From NCBI GenBank assembly GCA_965223705.1, contig OZ245015.1, positions 1,536,001 to 1,600,000 of the forward strand: a stretch of DNA of 64,000 nt, read 5' to 3'. Source of the DNA: Myxococcota bacterium (lineage in GTDB: Bacteria > Myxococcota_A > UBA9160 > UBA6930). Both the position numbers and the translations under genes were made by a program. The notes below the pieces were generated by a model. That model was not told the DNA's origin and searched no databases. It worked only from the letters and a program-made list of their open reading frames with translations. Numbering within the stretch: the first letter of the stretch is position 1; each line of letters opens with the position of its first letter. Shown piece by piece: positions 18,804 through 28,476 of the stretch.

Positions 18804-20210
18804 CTAGAAAGCGGCGATAGCGGTCGCGAGGAGAATGCCCGCTCCCGCCGCGGTCACGGCCGGCGGAATCTGTGTGCGCACGTGGTCCATCATGTCGCAC
18901 CCGGTGAACATGCTCGACAGAATGGTGGTGTCGGAAATGGGTGAGCATTGATCGCCGAATACGGCGCCGCCCAGGACCGCTCCGAAACACAGCTGAATAA
19001 AGCCGGCGGAGGGGTCGATGGCGTACGCCAACGGCAGGGCGAGCGGAAAGACCACCGCGTAGGTCCCCCAGGACGTTCCCGTGGCGAAGGCGATCACCAT
19101 GCAGAGCAAGCAGAGGGCGCCCGGCAGCAGCGCGCGCGGGACCTGGTCGCCGAGGATTTCGACGACGTAGGCCGCGGTTCCGAGTTCTCGGGAGACGAGC
19201 GCCAGCGTGACCGCGAGGCCCAGAACGATGGCGCCGATGGTCATGCTCTGACAGCCGCGGACGAAGCCATCGAGTACTTGTCGGAGGGGCATTCCCCGGA
19301 AGGCGGCAACGCCCATCCCCGATAGGACGCACAACAGAAATGCCTGCTCGACCAGGCTCTTGTCGAAGAACACGATGGGCAGCACCGCCACGGACAGCAG
19401 CACGCCGATCGGCACCGTGAAGTCGAGCAAGCTCGGCACGTAGCCGGCGACCGGTTCCTCGACGGTCGCGTTCGGAAGCATCGGTTCCGCACCTGGAGCG
19501 TCGAGCTCACCGGTTTCTCTCGCACGCCGGCTCGCGCGCCGGAGGCCCGGGCCGATCGCCGGCAGGCCGAGTGCGAGACCGAGCGTCATGAGCACCGCGA
19601 AAATTCCGTAGAAGTTCCACGGTAGGGACGCAAAGAAGAGCCGAAGCGCTTCCTCCTCGGTGGTGACCAGCGGAATCGAGCCGACGATGAGCGAGGCGAC
19701 GTACGCCGGCCAAGCGTTGAAGGGCAAGATCGTCGCGACCGGCGACGCCGTGGAATCCACCACGTAGGAGAGCTCCTCGTGGCTGATTCGGTGGCGATCC
19801 GCGACGGGCTTGACGGTCGAACCGGCCAGGACGGTGCTGACGGTTCCGCCTTGGTGGAACAGGACGCCGAGCCCCCAAGCAAAGAGCAGGCTGCCTCGCG
19901 GGCCGCGCACGAAGCGCCGGCCCAACGTTTCCGCGAAATGGCGCGCACCGCCGGTCTTCTCCCAGAGGCCGATGAGCCCGCCGAGACACCACAGGTAGAT
20001 CATGAGAATTCGGGCGTAGCCTTCGGACCCGATCGCGGGCAGAAAGAAGCGCTTCACCGGTTCGGCCGAGAGGACGGGCTCCCCGGCCGCGAGGAGGACG
20101 GCGCTGCCGGTGAGAACTCCAGCGAAGAGCGCGGGAATCACTTGGCGCAGGGCAAACGCGAGCAGGATCGTCACCGCAGCGGGCAGTAGCGACCAGATTC
20201 CGGCTTCCAT
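18804..20210 (-). CDS. NhaC/ArsB-superfamily transporter
   Basis: Multiple TM helices; DSTASP, GTSWGT, FGDQCSPISDTTILSS. Confidence 0.88.
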   Translation of the reverse strand: MEAGIWSLLPAAVTILLAFALRQVIPALFAGVLTGSAVLLAAGEPVLSAEPVKRFFLPAIGSEGYARILMIYLWCLGGLIGLWEKTGGARHFAETLGRRFVRGPRGSLLFAWGLGVLFHQGGTVSTVLAGSTVKPVADRHRISHEELSYVVDSTASPVATILPFNAWPAYVASLIVGSIPLVTTEEEALRLFFASLPWNFYGIFAVLMTLGLALGLPAIGPGLRRASRRARETGELDAPGAEPMLPNATVEEPVAGYVPSLLDFTVPIGVLLSVAVLPIVFFDKSLVEQAFLLCVLSGMGVAAFRGMPLRQVLDGFVRGCQSMTIGAIVLGLAVTLALVSRELGTAAYVVEILGDQVPRALLPGALCLLCMVIAFATGTSWGTYAVVFPLALPLAYAIDPSAGFIQLCFGAVLGGAVFGDQCSPISDTTILSSMFTGCDMMDHVRTQIPPAVTAAGAGILLATAIAAF

Positions 20211-20275
20211 CGCGGTCCCCCCGGCAGCAAGACTACCAATTCAGCCCCGCACCGATCCCGCGTTAATATTGCTAG

Positions 20276-20638
20276 ATGGCGCAACTCCCCGTCCGAGCGG
20301 CGCTGATCGCTGTGACCTTGGCCGTCGCCTGGGCCGCATTTCAGTTCGCCGGCGCCGAAGAATCCGCGCGGGTCCAGGTGTTCTACCCAGCGGGCTCGTG
20401 CGAAACCCACCACCTGCAGGTCGAGCGCTATCACCGAAGCGCCAAACGCTGGATCCCCCACCCCGAGCATCCCGAAGTCGAGGCCGGTCGCTGTTACTGG
20501 GAGGATGAGAGTTTCCTGCTGAACGAGTTGCGGGTCCGCTGTATCGATCCGGTCGGCGAGAAGAATCCGTCGTCCTGGGTCGTCGGGGTCAATCTATCGC
20601 CGACGAACGTATCGGTCTGTGACGAACCCGCTCCCTGA
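20276..20638 (+). CDS. Hypothetical exported protein with four Cys
   Basis: Signal-like N-terminus; overlaps the next gene. Confidence 0.55.
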   Translation: MAQLPVRAALIAVTLAVAWAAFQFAGAEESARVQVFYPAGSCETHHLQVERYHRSAKRWIPHPEHPEVEAGRCYWEDESFLLNELRVRCIDPVGEKNPSSWVVGVNLSPTNVSVCDEPAP

Positions 20639-21248
20639 CCCGGGTCCGCAGTCTTTGCTGGTGATTCGCCACGCGGAATCCGTCTGGAATGAGCGCGGCC
20701 TGTGGCAGGGAAACGCCGATCCACCCCTCTGCGAGCGCGGTGCCGCGCTCCTAGCGAAACGAGCGCCGGAGATCGCTCGCACCGTTCGAGACGTCGGCTG
20801 GGTGATTGCGAGCGACCTCGAACGAGCTCTCGCCACGGCCCACGCGGTCGCCCGAGAGCTCGGCGCGGTTCTCTGGGTGTCGAAAGATCTCCGGGAGCGC
20901 GACGCAGGCGCCTGGACGGGGATGTCGCGCGACGCGATCGAGGCGTCGAACGATCCACAGCTCATCGCTCTTCGCCGAGGCGCACTCGACGCCAGACCGC
21001 CCGGGGGTGAAAGCGGCCACGAAGTGCGAGCGCGCGTACAGCGAGGGCTTCGGCGGGCCGCGCGCGCCGCGAACGGCGGCGCGATCGCGTGGGTCACCCA
21101 CTTGGGCGTGTTGCGCGCGGTTTCTCCCGGCGCTGTTCTGGGCCACACCGAAACGCGTTGGATCACGTGCGACCTTCATTCCGACGAGCTTTCGGTACAC
21201 GCTGGCGAGGAGCCGGTATCCTTGCCGACGGGGGAGGAACACGAATGA
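20619..21248 (+). CDS. Histidine phosphatase (phosphoglycerate mutase family)
   Basis: RHAES.WN...QG..D, SDL.RA..TA, LRE...G.W.G, VTH. Confidence 0.88.
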   Translation: MTNPLPDPGPQSLLVIRHAESVWNERGLWQGNADPPLCERGAALLAKRAPEIARTVRDVGWVIASDLERALATAHAVARELGAVLWVSKDLRERDAGAWTGMSRDAIEASNDPQLIALRRGALDARPPGGESGHEVRARVQRGLRRAARAANGGAIAWVTHLGVLRAVSPGAVLGHTETRWITCDLHSDELSVHAGEEPVSLPTGEEHE

Positions 21249-22585
21249 GTCGAGGCTCGGTGCGGGGTGACTCGCGGATGAGTCGACGCTTGGCGCTCGG
21301 TGTGACGGCGGCGGCCACGATCGGGCTGGGCTTAGCCTCTGCGCTGGCCGCTTCGGCGGGCGCGTGGCTCGCGTTCGTCGCCGCGTTTGCCGCCGCCACC
21401 GCGTATGAGCGGCTCCGCCGCGCGCGGTCCTTCGGGCGCGACGACGTCACGCGTTTGGTCGTCGCGGGCAGTGTGGGCCTCCTCGCGGGCCTGTGGTCGT
21501 TCGCGACAGGTGGCTTCGGTGTCGGGGGCTTTCTTCTCGCGTTGGGTATCGCCCAAATTCTGACGGCGACCCACGGAGTGCTCGGGCTGTTGCCCAAGCT
21601 GGAAGGATCCGATGCCGAACGACGTGCGGGTCCCGGGATCCACGCTTCTCTCGCGCTCGACGAGTGGGGGCGCTGCGGCCGGCGTATGCGACGCTTCATC
21701 CGCGCCGACAAGCCCGGTGCCGCGGAGTCCATGAGCGCCGAAGCCGGCCGGCCGGAGGTTCTTCTCCAAGCTCCGGCGAAGCCTGAGATCAAGGACCGTA
21801 AGTCATTTGTCGAGCTCCGGTTTCCTTCTCCATCGGACGAGCAGCGCGAGGTTCGGGTGGCCCTCTGGCGGGCCGGCGAACGGCCTGGCCCCGCACTGCT
21901 CGTACTTCCGTCTCCTCGCTGGCGCCCGGACGCGGTGGCGCGCTACCTGGCCCGGCCCTCGCGCTGGCGCTCACTCGGGCTCGATGTCGCGGTGATGTCG
22001 TGCGGCACCTCACGCCGCGACACTTTGCGCGATTTCGCGGATCGCCCCGCCGACGCTTCGGCCTGGATCGAGCGCACGGCCCGCGAGGCGCGGGCGGTGA
22101 TCGGTTGGCTCGCTTCCGAAGGGACGCCGCGGGTCGGATTGTGTGGTTTCGGTTGGGGGGCGAGCGCGGCGAGTTGGCTCGCGACGAAGCTGCCCGAACT
22201 CGCCAGTCTGGTACTCGTCGCACCCATCCCCGAGCCCCAGGGCGTCGCTTCGGACGGGCTTCCCGAGCGGCCGGAATCGCTCGAGTCATTCGCTCCGTGG
22301 ATGCCCGCGCGACACGACGCAGCGGTCTCCCCGGGATCGGCCTTCATCGTCGCCCCTCAGGTCGACGAACTCGCGCCGCCCGAGGACCTTCGTCGCTTGC
22401 GAGATCGCGTGAATCCCGGTGGCTGGGTCGTGGTGCCCGGCGGGCGCTCGCGCGCGCTCTCGCTCGCTGGCGGCGCCAGCGAGCGGGTCGAGGAGCACTT
22501 GCGGCGCACGCTGCTCGACGCGCCGGCCTCCGCCGAAGTACCGCTCTCGCGCTTTCGGAGACGCTCGGACGACGGGTCGGCCTAA
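21245..22585 (+). CDS. Membrane-anchored alpha/beta-hydrolase-fold protein, possibly inactive
   Basis: N-terminal TM helices; elbow reads GFGWG instead of GxSxG; ATGA overlap. Confidence 0.55.
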   Translation: MSRGSVRGDSRMSRRLALGVTAAATIGLGLASALAASAGAWLAFVAAFAAATAYERLRRARSFGRDDVTRLVVAGSVGLLAGLWSFATGGFGVGGFLLALGIAQILTATHGVLGLLPKLEGSDAERRAGPGIHASLALDEWGRCGRRMRRFIRADKPGAAESMSAEAGRPEVLLQAPAKPEIKDRKSFVELRFPSPSDEQREVRVALWRAGERPGPALLVLPSPRWRPDAVARYLARPSRWRSLGLDVAVMSCGTSRRDTLRDFADRPADASAWIERTAREARAVIGWLASEGTPRVGLCGFGWGASAASWLATKLPELASLVLVAPIPEPQGVASDGLPERPESLESFAPWMPARHDAAVSPGSAFIVAPQVDELAPPEDLRRLRDRVNPGGWVVVPGGRSRALSLAGGASERVEEHLRRTLLDAPASAEVPLSRFRRRSDDGSA

Positions 22586-24243
22586 CGCGACCGGTTCGTG
22601 AGCAACAAGTTGGCGCCGGCCAGCATGACCCAGAGGTCCGCGATGAGAATCGCGCTCCCGATCAGTGCGAGAAGCCAGCGCTCGCCGAACGCGGCGAAGT
22701 AGCTCGCGACTTCTCCCAGCATCGCGATGATCGTCGTCAGCCCGACGAAGAGCATCGGGAGCAGGGTGTAGACGATGGGGCGGCCGGTCTGTCGCAGCCA
22801 GACGCTTACGACCAAGAGGGTCGCTCCCGCGACGAGTTGGTTCGTCGTGCCGAACAGCGGCCACAGGATGAGTCCGCCCCGGCCGTCGGCCTGTGTCAAC
22901 GCCAGGAGGAGAGCGGCGCCGATCCCGAGGGCCGAGGCGGCGAACCGGTTCGTCAAGGGCTTGATGCCTACCCGCGAGGCGAGCTCTGCGATCACGAGTC
23001 GCTGGATCCGCGCGCCGGTGTCGAGGGAGGTCGCGGCGAACGCGATCACCATCACGGCGATGAAGGTCCGCGCGGTGTCGATGGGAATGCCCAGCGCGGC
23101 GACAAACGTCGCACCGCCTCCGACGAAGGCTTCGAGTTTCGCGCCGAGGCCGTTCGCCTCACCCCAGCTGGCGTAGTGGTGCGACCACCCGGCGGCGGTG
23201 GCGAAGCCCGCTGTTGCGGCGAGGACCGCCAGCATGCCGAGCGTCCCCTCACCGAGCATGCTCCCGTAGCCGATCGGCGTGGCGTCGGTCATGCAGCGCA
23301 CTTGTTTCGATGTCGTCCCCGACCCGACCAGTCCGTGGAAACCCGAAATCGCGCCGCAAGCAATCGTGATGAACAGGAACGGAATCATCGGCGGGGCGCC
23401 TTCCGGCGCCCAATTGACCACCGGGGCCACCACCGTCGGCTGCAGCACGACCAACCCGCCGATGAGGACCGCGAGCCCGGTCAGCAACTGGTGCGCGTTC
23501 AAGTAATCGCGCGGTTGTAGCAGGAGCCAGACCGGAAGGACGGACGCCGCGAAGGAATACAGCAGGAGGATCCATACCCAGTTGAGGACCGACAGCTCGG
23601 CGATCGCGGGGAAGGCGGCGACGAGCGCGTCGCCCCAGAAGATCGCGGCGAGGAGCACAGCGTAACCGATGACCGACGGCGCTCCGAGCGCGATGCCTCG
23701 CCGATGCACCAACCAACCGAGAAGCATCGCCACCAGGATCTGGATGTTGATCGGGAAGATCGCGCTGGGCGTGCCCACGAAGAGCGTCGCGATGATGTAG
23801 GAGAAGACCGCGAGGACGATCCAAATGAGCAGCGAGATGATCAGCAGGAACAAGAGCTGCGCGCGCGGGCCGATCACCTGACCCGCGATATCCCCGATCG
23901 AACGTCCGCGGTTGCGCAGGCTGATCACCAGAGCTGAAAAGTCGTGTACCGCTCCCATGAAGACCGTGCCCAGGACGACCCACAGGAGCGCCGGAAGCCA
24001 GCCCCAGATGACGGCGATCGCCGGGCCCACGATCGGCGCGGCACCGGCGATGGACGTGAAGTGGTGGCCCCAGAGAATGCGCTTGTCCGTCGGGACGTAG
24101 TCGACGCCATCGCGATAGGTTTCGGACGGCACGGGCTCATCGTCGGCCAGCGCGAAAATCTTGCGGGACAAGAAGCGGGCATAGGTCCGGTAGCCGATCA
24201 GGAACAGGGCGACGGTTCCGAGTGCGATCCACGCGGCGTTCAC
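22582..24243 (-). CDS. cstA: Carbon starvation protein A (peptide/pyruvate transporter)
   Basis: GHHFTSIAGAAPIVGP, LLQPRDY, ACGAISGFH, LFGTTNQL. Confidence 0.95.
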   Translation of the reverse strand: MNAAWIALGTVALFLIGYRTYARFLSRKIFALADDEPVPSETYRDGVDYVPTDKRILWGHHFTSIAGAAPIVGPAIAVIWGWLPALLWVVLGTVFMGAVHDFSALVISLRNRGRSIGDIAGQVIGPRAQLLFLLIISLLIWIVLAVFSYIIATLFVGTPSAIFPINIQILVAMLLGWLVHRRGIALGAPSVIGYAVLLAAIFWGDALVAAFPAIAELSVLNWVWILLLYSFAASVLPVWLLLQPRDYLNAHQLLTGLAVLIGGLVVLQPTVVAPVVNWAPEGAPPMIPFLFITIACGAISGFHGLVGSGTTSKQVRCMTDATPIGYGSMLGEGTLGMLAVLAATAGFATAAGWSHHYASWGEANGLGAKLEAFVGGGATFVAALGIPIDTARTFIAVMVIAFAATSLDTGARIQRLVIAELASRVGIKPLTNRFAASALGIGAALLLALTQADGRGGLILWPLFGTTNQLVAGATLLVVSVWLRQTGRPIVYTLLPMLFVGLTTIIAMLGEVASYFAAFGERWLLALIGSAILIADLWVMLAGANLLLTNRSR

Positions 24244-24253
24244 GATGCCTCCT

Positions 24254-25885
24254 CTAGCCGCCGGCCACCGGGATGAACAGCGGCCCCCCAGGCCCGAGCG
24301 GGACTTCGAGGCTGATCCAGACGAGAAGCAAGATCAACCACGCACCCGCGAAAGCCAACGCGTAGGGGATCATCATCGAAAGCAAGGTGCCGAGACCCGC
24401 CTTCGGCACGTAGCGCCGCAGGAACGCGAGGATGATGACGAGGTACGGGTTCAGGGGCGTGATGACGTTGGTCACCGAGTCCCCCACGCGATACGCCGCC
24501 TGCGTGAGCTCGGGGCTGATTCCCACCTGCATGAACATCGGTACAAAGACCGGCGCGAAGAACGCGTACTTGGCGGACATCGAGCCAATGAGGAGGTTCG
24601 CCAGCGCGACGACGAGCACGAAGCTCGCCACGAGCCCGCCGGCCGGTAGATCCGCGGAAGCGAGAAACTCGCCGCCCGTAATCGCCAACATCTCTCCGAG
24701 TCCCGAATAGCGGAAGTACTCGATGAACTGGGCCGCGAAAAAGGCGAGGGCGATGTAGGGGCCCATGCCGGCCATGGTTTCGCCCAAGAGCTTCGCCGCG
24801 TCGCGATCGGAGCGGACGGTTCCGACGGCGATTCCGTAGGCGATGCCCGGAACGAGGAAGCCGATGAACATGAGCGGTACGACGGCGCTCACCCAACGCG
24901 GGAAACGGCCGTCCATGCCGTTGAGCGGCGCTCCCGGAATCCAGGTGGCGGCCACCATCACGCCGAGCACGGCCGCGGCGCAGAAGAGCGCGACGGCGAG
25001 CGCGCGCTTCTCACCTGGCTCAAGGCCGACCGCAACGTCGCTGTGTTCGGCGGGCCCTCCGTCTTCGGCCGTCTTGTCGGCAAAGCGAGGTTCGACCCAC
25101 CAGGCGCTCGTCGCCCAGCCGACGACCGTCAGCAGTCCCGTCGAGACGATGAGAAACCACAGGTTGGCCGTCGCCGCGACGCGGTACTCGGGATCGACGA
25201 GGCGCGCCCCCGCTTCCGAGAATCCCGCGAGGATCGTATCGAGGCTCGTCACCATCAAGTTCGCGCTGAAGCCGGCCGCGACACCCGCAAAGACGGCGGC
25301 GAGACCCGCGGCCGGCGACCGGCCCACCGCGGCGTAGAGCGCCGCCGCGATCGGCGGCAGCACGACGTACCCGGCGTCGAGGGCCAAGGACGAGACGACG
25401 CCGACCGCGAAGACCGCGGGGGTGAGCAGGGGGCCCGGGACGTTGATCAGCGTCGCGCGCAGGAAGGCGGAAATAAATCCGGTTCGGTCGGCCAACCCGA
25501 TCCCAAGCATTCCAACCAGTACCACCACCAAAGGTGGAAAGTTCTTGAAGTTTTCGACCAGGCTCGAGACCGCGAAATAGAGGCCATCGGAAGACAGCAG
25601 ACTGCGCGCCCGCACCGGATCCTGCGCGACCTCCCGCACGGGGAGACCTTCATCATCGACTCGGGGGATCTGCACGGGAGCGCCGGTCAAGGGGTTCCGC
25701 ACGGGCTCACCATCGGCTTGGCGGACGACATCCATCGCCTGCACCGATGTCCGTTTGTAGACCGTCCAGTCCAGCTCCACGGCGGCGTGCGAGACGACCA
25801 TGACGCCGAGCGCACCGAGGGCGAAGAGGGTGATCGGGTCGGGGAGCAGGTTGCCGAGACGTTCTACGCGATCGAGCCAACTCAT
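24254..25885 (-). CDS. abgT: AbgT-family transporter
   Basis: LDRVERLGN.LPDP, GFSAN, AYRVGDS.TN.ITP. Confidence 0.9.
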   Translation of the reverse strand: MSWLDRVERLGNLLPDPITLFALGALGVMVVSHAAVELDWTVYKRTSVQAMDVVRQADGEPVRNPLTGAPVQIPRVDDEGLPVREVAQDPVRARSLLSSDGLYFAVSSLVENFKNFPPLVVVLVGMLGIGLADRTGFISAFLRATLINVPGPLLTPAVFAVGVVSSLALDAGYVVLPPIAAALYAAVGRSPAAGLAAVFAGVAAGFSANLMVTSLDTILAGFSEAGARLVDPEYRVAATANLWFLIVSTGLLTVVGWATSAWWVEPRFADKTAEDGGPAEHSDVAVGLEPGEKRALAVALFCAAAVLGVMVAATWIPGAPLNGMDGRFPRWVSAVVPLMFIGFLVPGIAYGIAVGTVRSDRDAAKLLGETMAGMGPYIALAFFAAQFIEYFRYSGLGEMLAITGGEFLASADLPAGGLVASFVLVVALANLLIGSMSAKYAFFAPVFVPMFMQVGISPELTQAAYRVGDSVTNVITPLNPYLVIILAFLRRYVPKAGLGTLLSMMIPYALAFAGAWLILLLVWISLEVPLGPGGPLFIPVAGG

Positions 25886-26331
25886 TGCGCTCCCTTTCTC
25901 AATGCGTGGAGACGGTATGCCGCGACCCCCAGGAGTGCCCCGAAACCGTCGATTCCGACGTCCTGGAGGCTGCCCGTCCGAACCGCCGACGTCGACTGGA
26001 AGCCCTCGTCGATGAGCGCGATGGAGATCGCCAGCAGCCACGCCCACAGCAAGGATCGAGAAAGGGGCACCGATCGCGCGAGCGCTCGGGCCGTCAGCAG
26101 CCCGAGGCCGGCGTACTCAGCGAGATGAGCGCCCTTCCGGACGAGGACGTGGAGGACCCGCAAGGTCGCCTTCGAGACGTCCGCTCCGAGCTCCGCGAGG
26201 ATGTGAGCGAGAAGCCCGCCCGTGGCGGTCGCGGAGAAGTTGTCCGATGCGAGTACCAAGATCAGCAGCGCCCAAGCGCCCGCCACCAGCCAGGCGCGGG
26301 TCGCCGAACGCGAGCCGCGGAACCCCCCCAT
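25882..26331 (-). CDS. VanZ-family membrane protein
   Basis: RKGAH..EY..L, DE..Q....RTG...DV.ID. Confidence 0.85.
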   Translation of the reverse strand: MGGFRGSRSATRAWLVAGAWALLILVLASDNFSATATGGLLAHILAELGADVSKATLRVLHVLVRKGAHLAEYAGLGLLTARALARSVPLSRSLLWAWLLAISIALIDEGFQSTSAVRTGSLQDVGIDGFGALLGVAAYRLHALRKGAQ

Positions 26332-26416
26332 GGGCGCCAGCTTACGGAACTCGGACCCCGCCGTCCGGGGAGGCGCGCACGCGGCCTGGGGGCCGTTCCG
26401 TTACGTTTCGACCGGC

Positions 26417-27400
26417 ATGCGCGTTGGGATCGTCTTCGAATTGCTCCGCCCCGTTCCCGCTGGCTCGGGGCTGCCGGCCGACGCTTTCGATGAGTACGAG
26501 CCCGAAGCGACGCTGACGCTCCTCGAAGACGCGCTGGCACACGCGGGCGCCGAGCCGGTGCGGCTGGGAGGGCCGCGCGAACTCTTCGCGAAAGCGTCCG
26601 ACGGGGCGCCCGACGTCGACGCGGTTCTGAACATCGCCGAGGGTTACGGCACCCGAAACCGGGAAGCCTGGGCACCGGTGCTCCTCGAGATGTGGGAGCT
26701 TCCGACCCTCGGGAGCGATGCGCTTGCACTGTCGGCGAGCCTCGACAAGGTCTTTGCGAAACGCATTGTCGCGGGCGCGGGCGTGCCGGTTGCACCGGAT
26801 TGCTGCATCGCGGTGAACGCGTCTCCCGGCGCGGCGTTGCCCGGGCCGTTCCCTCTGTTCGTCAAGCCTCGCTGGGAAGGCACGGCAAAAGGCATTGAAC
26901 GGCACTCGCGGGTCGAGAGCCGAGACGAACTCGAACGCGCCGTCACGCGCGTCCACCGCGTCTACGGCCAACCGGCCCTCGTCGAGCCCTTCCTCGACGG
27001 CGCGGAATACACCGTGACGGTCGTGGGCCACGCACCCGCGAGGGCACTGCCGGCGTTGCAGCGCGCCCTCGACTCGGAGAGCGGTATCGGGGCCCACGCG
27101 ATCGCGCCGTCCTCGGTCGCCGGACACGAGTTGCCAGGCTCCTTGACGCCCGAACTCGAAAGCGAGCTCGCGGAGGCGTCCCTCGCCGCGTTCGAAGCGC
27201 TCGGCTGCCTCGATTTCGCCCGCGTCGACTTTCGCCTCGACGCCCGCGGCCGGCCGTTCTTCCTCGAGATCAACCCGCTGCCGACCTTCGCGCCGGACGG
27301 TTCTTTCGGCATCCTCGCCGAGCTCGAAGGCCGGAGCGCCGCAGAATGGGTCGGCGACGTCCTCGCCGAAGGGCTTGCGCGGCTGGGGTTGCGCGAATGA
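26417..27400 (+). CDS. D-Ala-D-Ala-ligase-like ATP-grasp enzyme
   Basis: NIAEG, LDK, FVKP..EGT.KGI, ARVDFR, FLEINPLP. Confidence 0.88.
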   Translation: MRVGIVFELLRPVPAGSGLPADAFDEYEPEATLTLLEDALAHAGAEPVRLGGPRELFAKASDGAPDVDAVLNIAEGYGTRNREAWAPVLLEMWELPTLGSDALALSASLDKVFAKRIVAGAGVPVAPDCCIAVNASPGAALPGPFPLFVKPRWEGTAKGIERHSRVESRDELERAVTRVHRVYGQPALVEPFLDGAEYTVTVVGHAPARALPALQRALDSESGIGAHAIAPSSVAGHELPGSLTPELESELAEASLAAFEALGCLDFARVDFRLDARGRPFFLEINPLPTFAPDGSFGILAELEGRSAAEWVGDVLAEGLARLGLRE

Positions 27401-28476
27401 CGGCGGCGGAATTCCGAGACTGGACGTGGCAGATGCAGCACCGCGTCCGCAGCGCCGCGGATCTCGAGCGCTACATCCGCGTGACCGACGATGAGCGACA
27501 GGCGATCTCCGCACTCGCGGAGCGCTTCCGGTTCGTCATCACGCCGTATTACGCGTCGTTGATGGATCCCGACGATCCGAACTGTCCGGTGCGGCGGCAG
27601 GTGGTGCCGCGCACCGCCGAGCTCGACGACTCCGCCGGGCTCGCCGACCCCCTCGACGAAGTCGCCCATTCGCCCGTGAAAAACGTCATTCGCGTCTATC
27701 CCGACCGGATCGCGTTTTGCGTGAACAACGAGTGCGCCCTCTATTGTCGCTACTGCCTGCGCAAACGGATGGTCGGCGACGAGGAGTGGGCGATGAAGCG
27801 CCGCGAGCTCGGCGAGGCGCTCGAATGGATCGCCGCGACGCCCGAGATCCGCGACGTCCTGCTCACCGGCGGCGATCCGCTGGTCTTCTCCGATTCGCGC
27901 CTCGAGTGGCTCATCGCCGCGCTTCGCGAGATTCCGCACGTCGAGATCATTCGCCTCGGGACTCGGCTGCCCGTCACGTTGCCGTTCCGCGTCACCGACG
28001 AGCTCTGCCAAATGCTCGCCCGGTACCATCCGATTTGGCTCAATACCCACTTCAACCACCCGAAAGAGCTCACTGCCGAAGCGCGGGAAGCGTGCGAGCG
28101 GCTCGCGGCCGCGGGTATTCCGGTCGGTAACCAGAGCGTGCTGCTCGCCGGTATCAACGACGACGCGGCGGTGATGAAAGAGCTCGTCGAAGGACTCGTA
28201 CGCATGCGGGTACGTCCCTACTACTGCTACCAGGCGCAGCTCCTGGAAGGCACGGCACATTTTCGCGTTCCGGTCGAACGGGGGATCGATCTGTTCCGCG
28301 CTCTGCGCGGCAGGACGAGTGGCTTCGCGATCCCGCAGTACGTGCTCGACACGCCGCACGGCAAGGTCCCTCTCGACTACCCGCATTTTCGTGGGCGGGA
28401 GGGCGACGCCGTCGTTGTCGAAACCTTCGACGGCACCCTCTGGTCGGAGCCCAATCCACTCGGCGGGGACGGATGA
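27397..28476 (+). CDS. KamA-family radical SAM/PLP 2,3-aminomutase
   Basis: CALYCRYCLR, LLTGGDPL, HFNHP.E, NQSVLL.GIND, GKVP. Confidence 0.92.
   Translation: MTAAEFRDWTWQMQHRVRSAADLERYIRVTDDERQAISALAERFRFVITPYYASLMDPDDPNCPVRRQVVPRTAELDDSAGLADPLDEVAHSPVKNVIRVYPDRIAFCVNNECALYCRYCLRKRMVGDEEWAMKRRELGEALEWIAATPEIRDVLLTGGDPLVFSDSRLEWLIAALREIPHVEIIRLGTRLPVTLPFRVTDELCQMLARYHPIWLNTHFNHPKELTAEAREACERLAAAGIPVGNQSVLLAGINDDAAVMKELVEGLVRMRVRPYYCYQAQLLEGTAHFRVPVERGIDLFRALRGRTSGFAIPQYVLDTPHGKVPLDYPHFRGREGDAVVVETFDGTLWSEPNPLGGDG

Noticed and set aside
27397..28476. Calling the aminomutase epmB or ablA
   Set aside because: No efp/epmA or ablB acetyltransferase nearby, and a lysine-binding Asp is substituted
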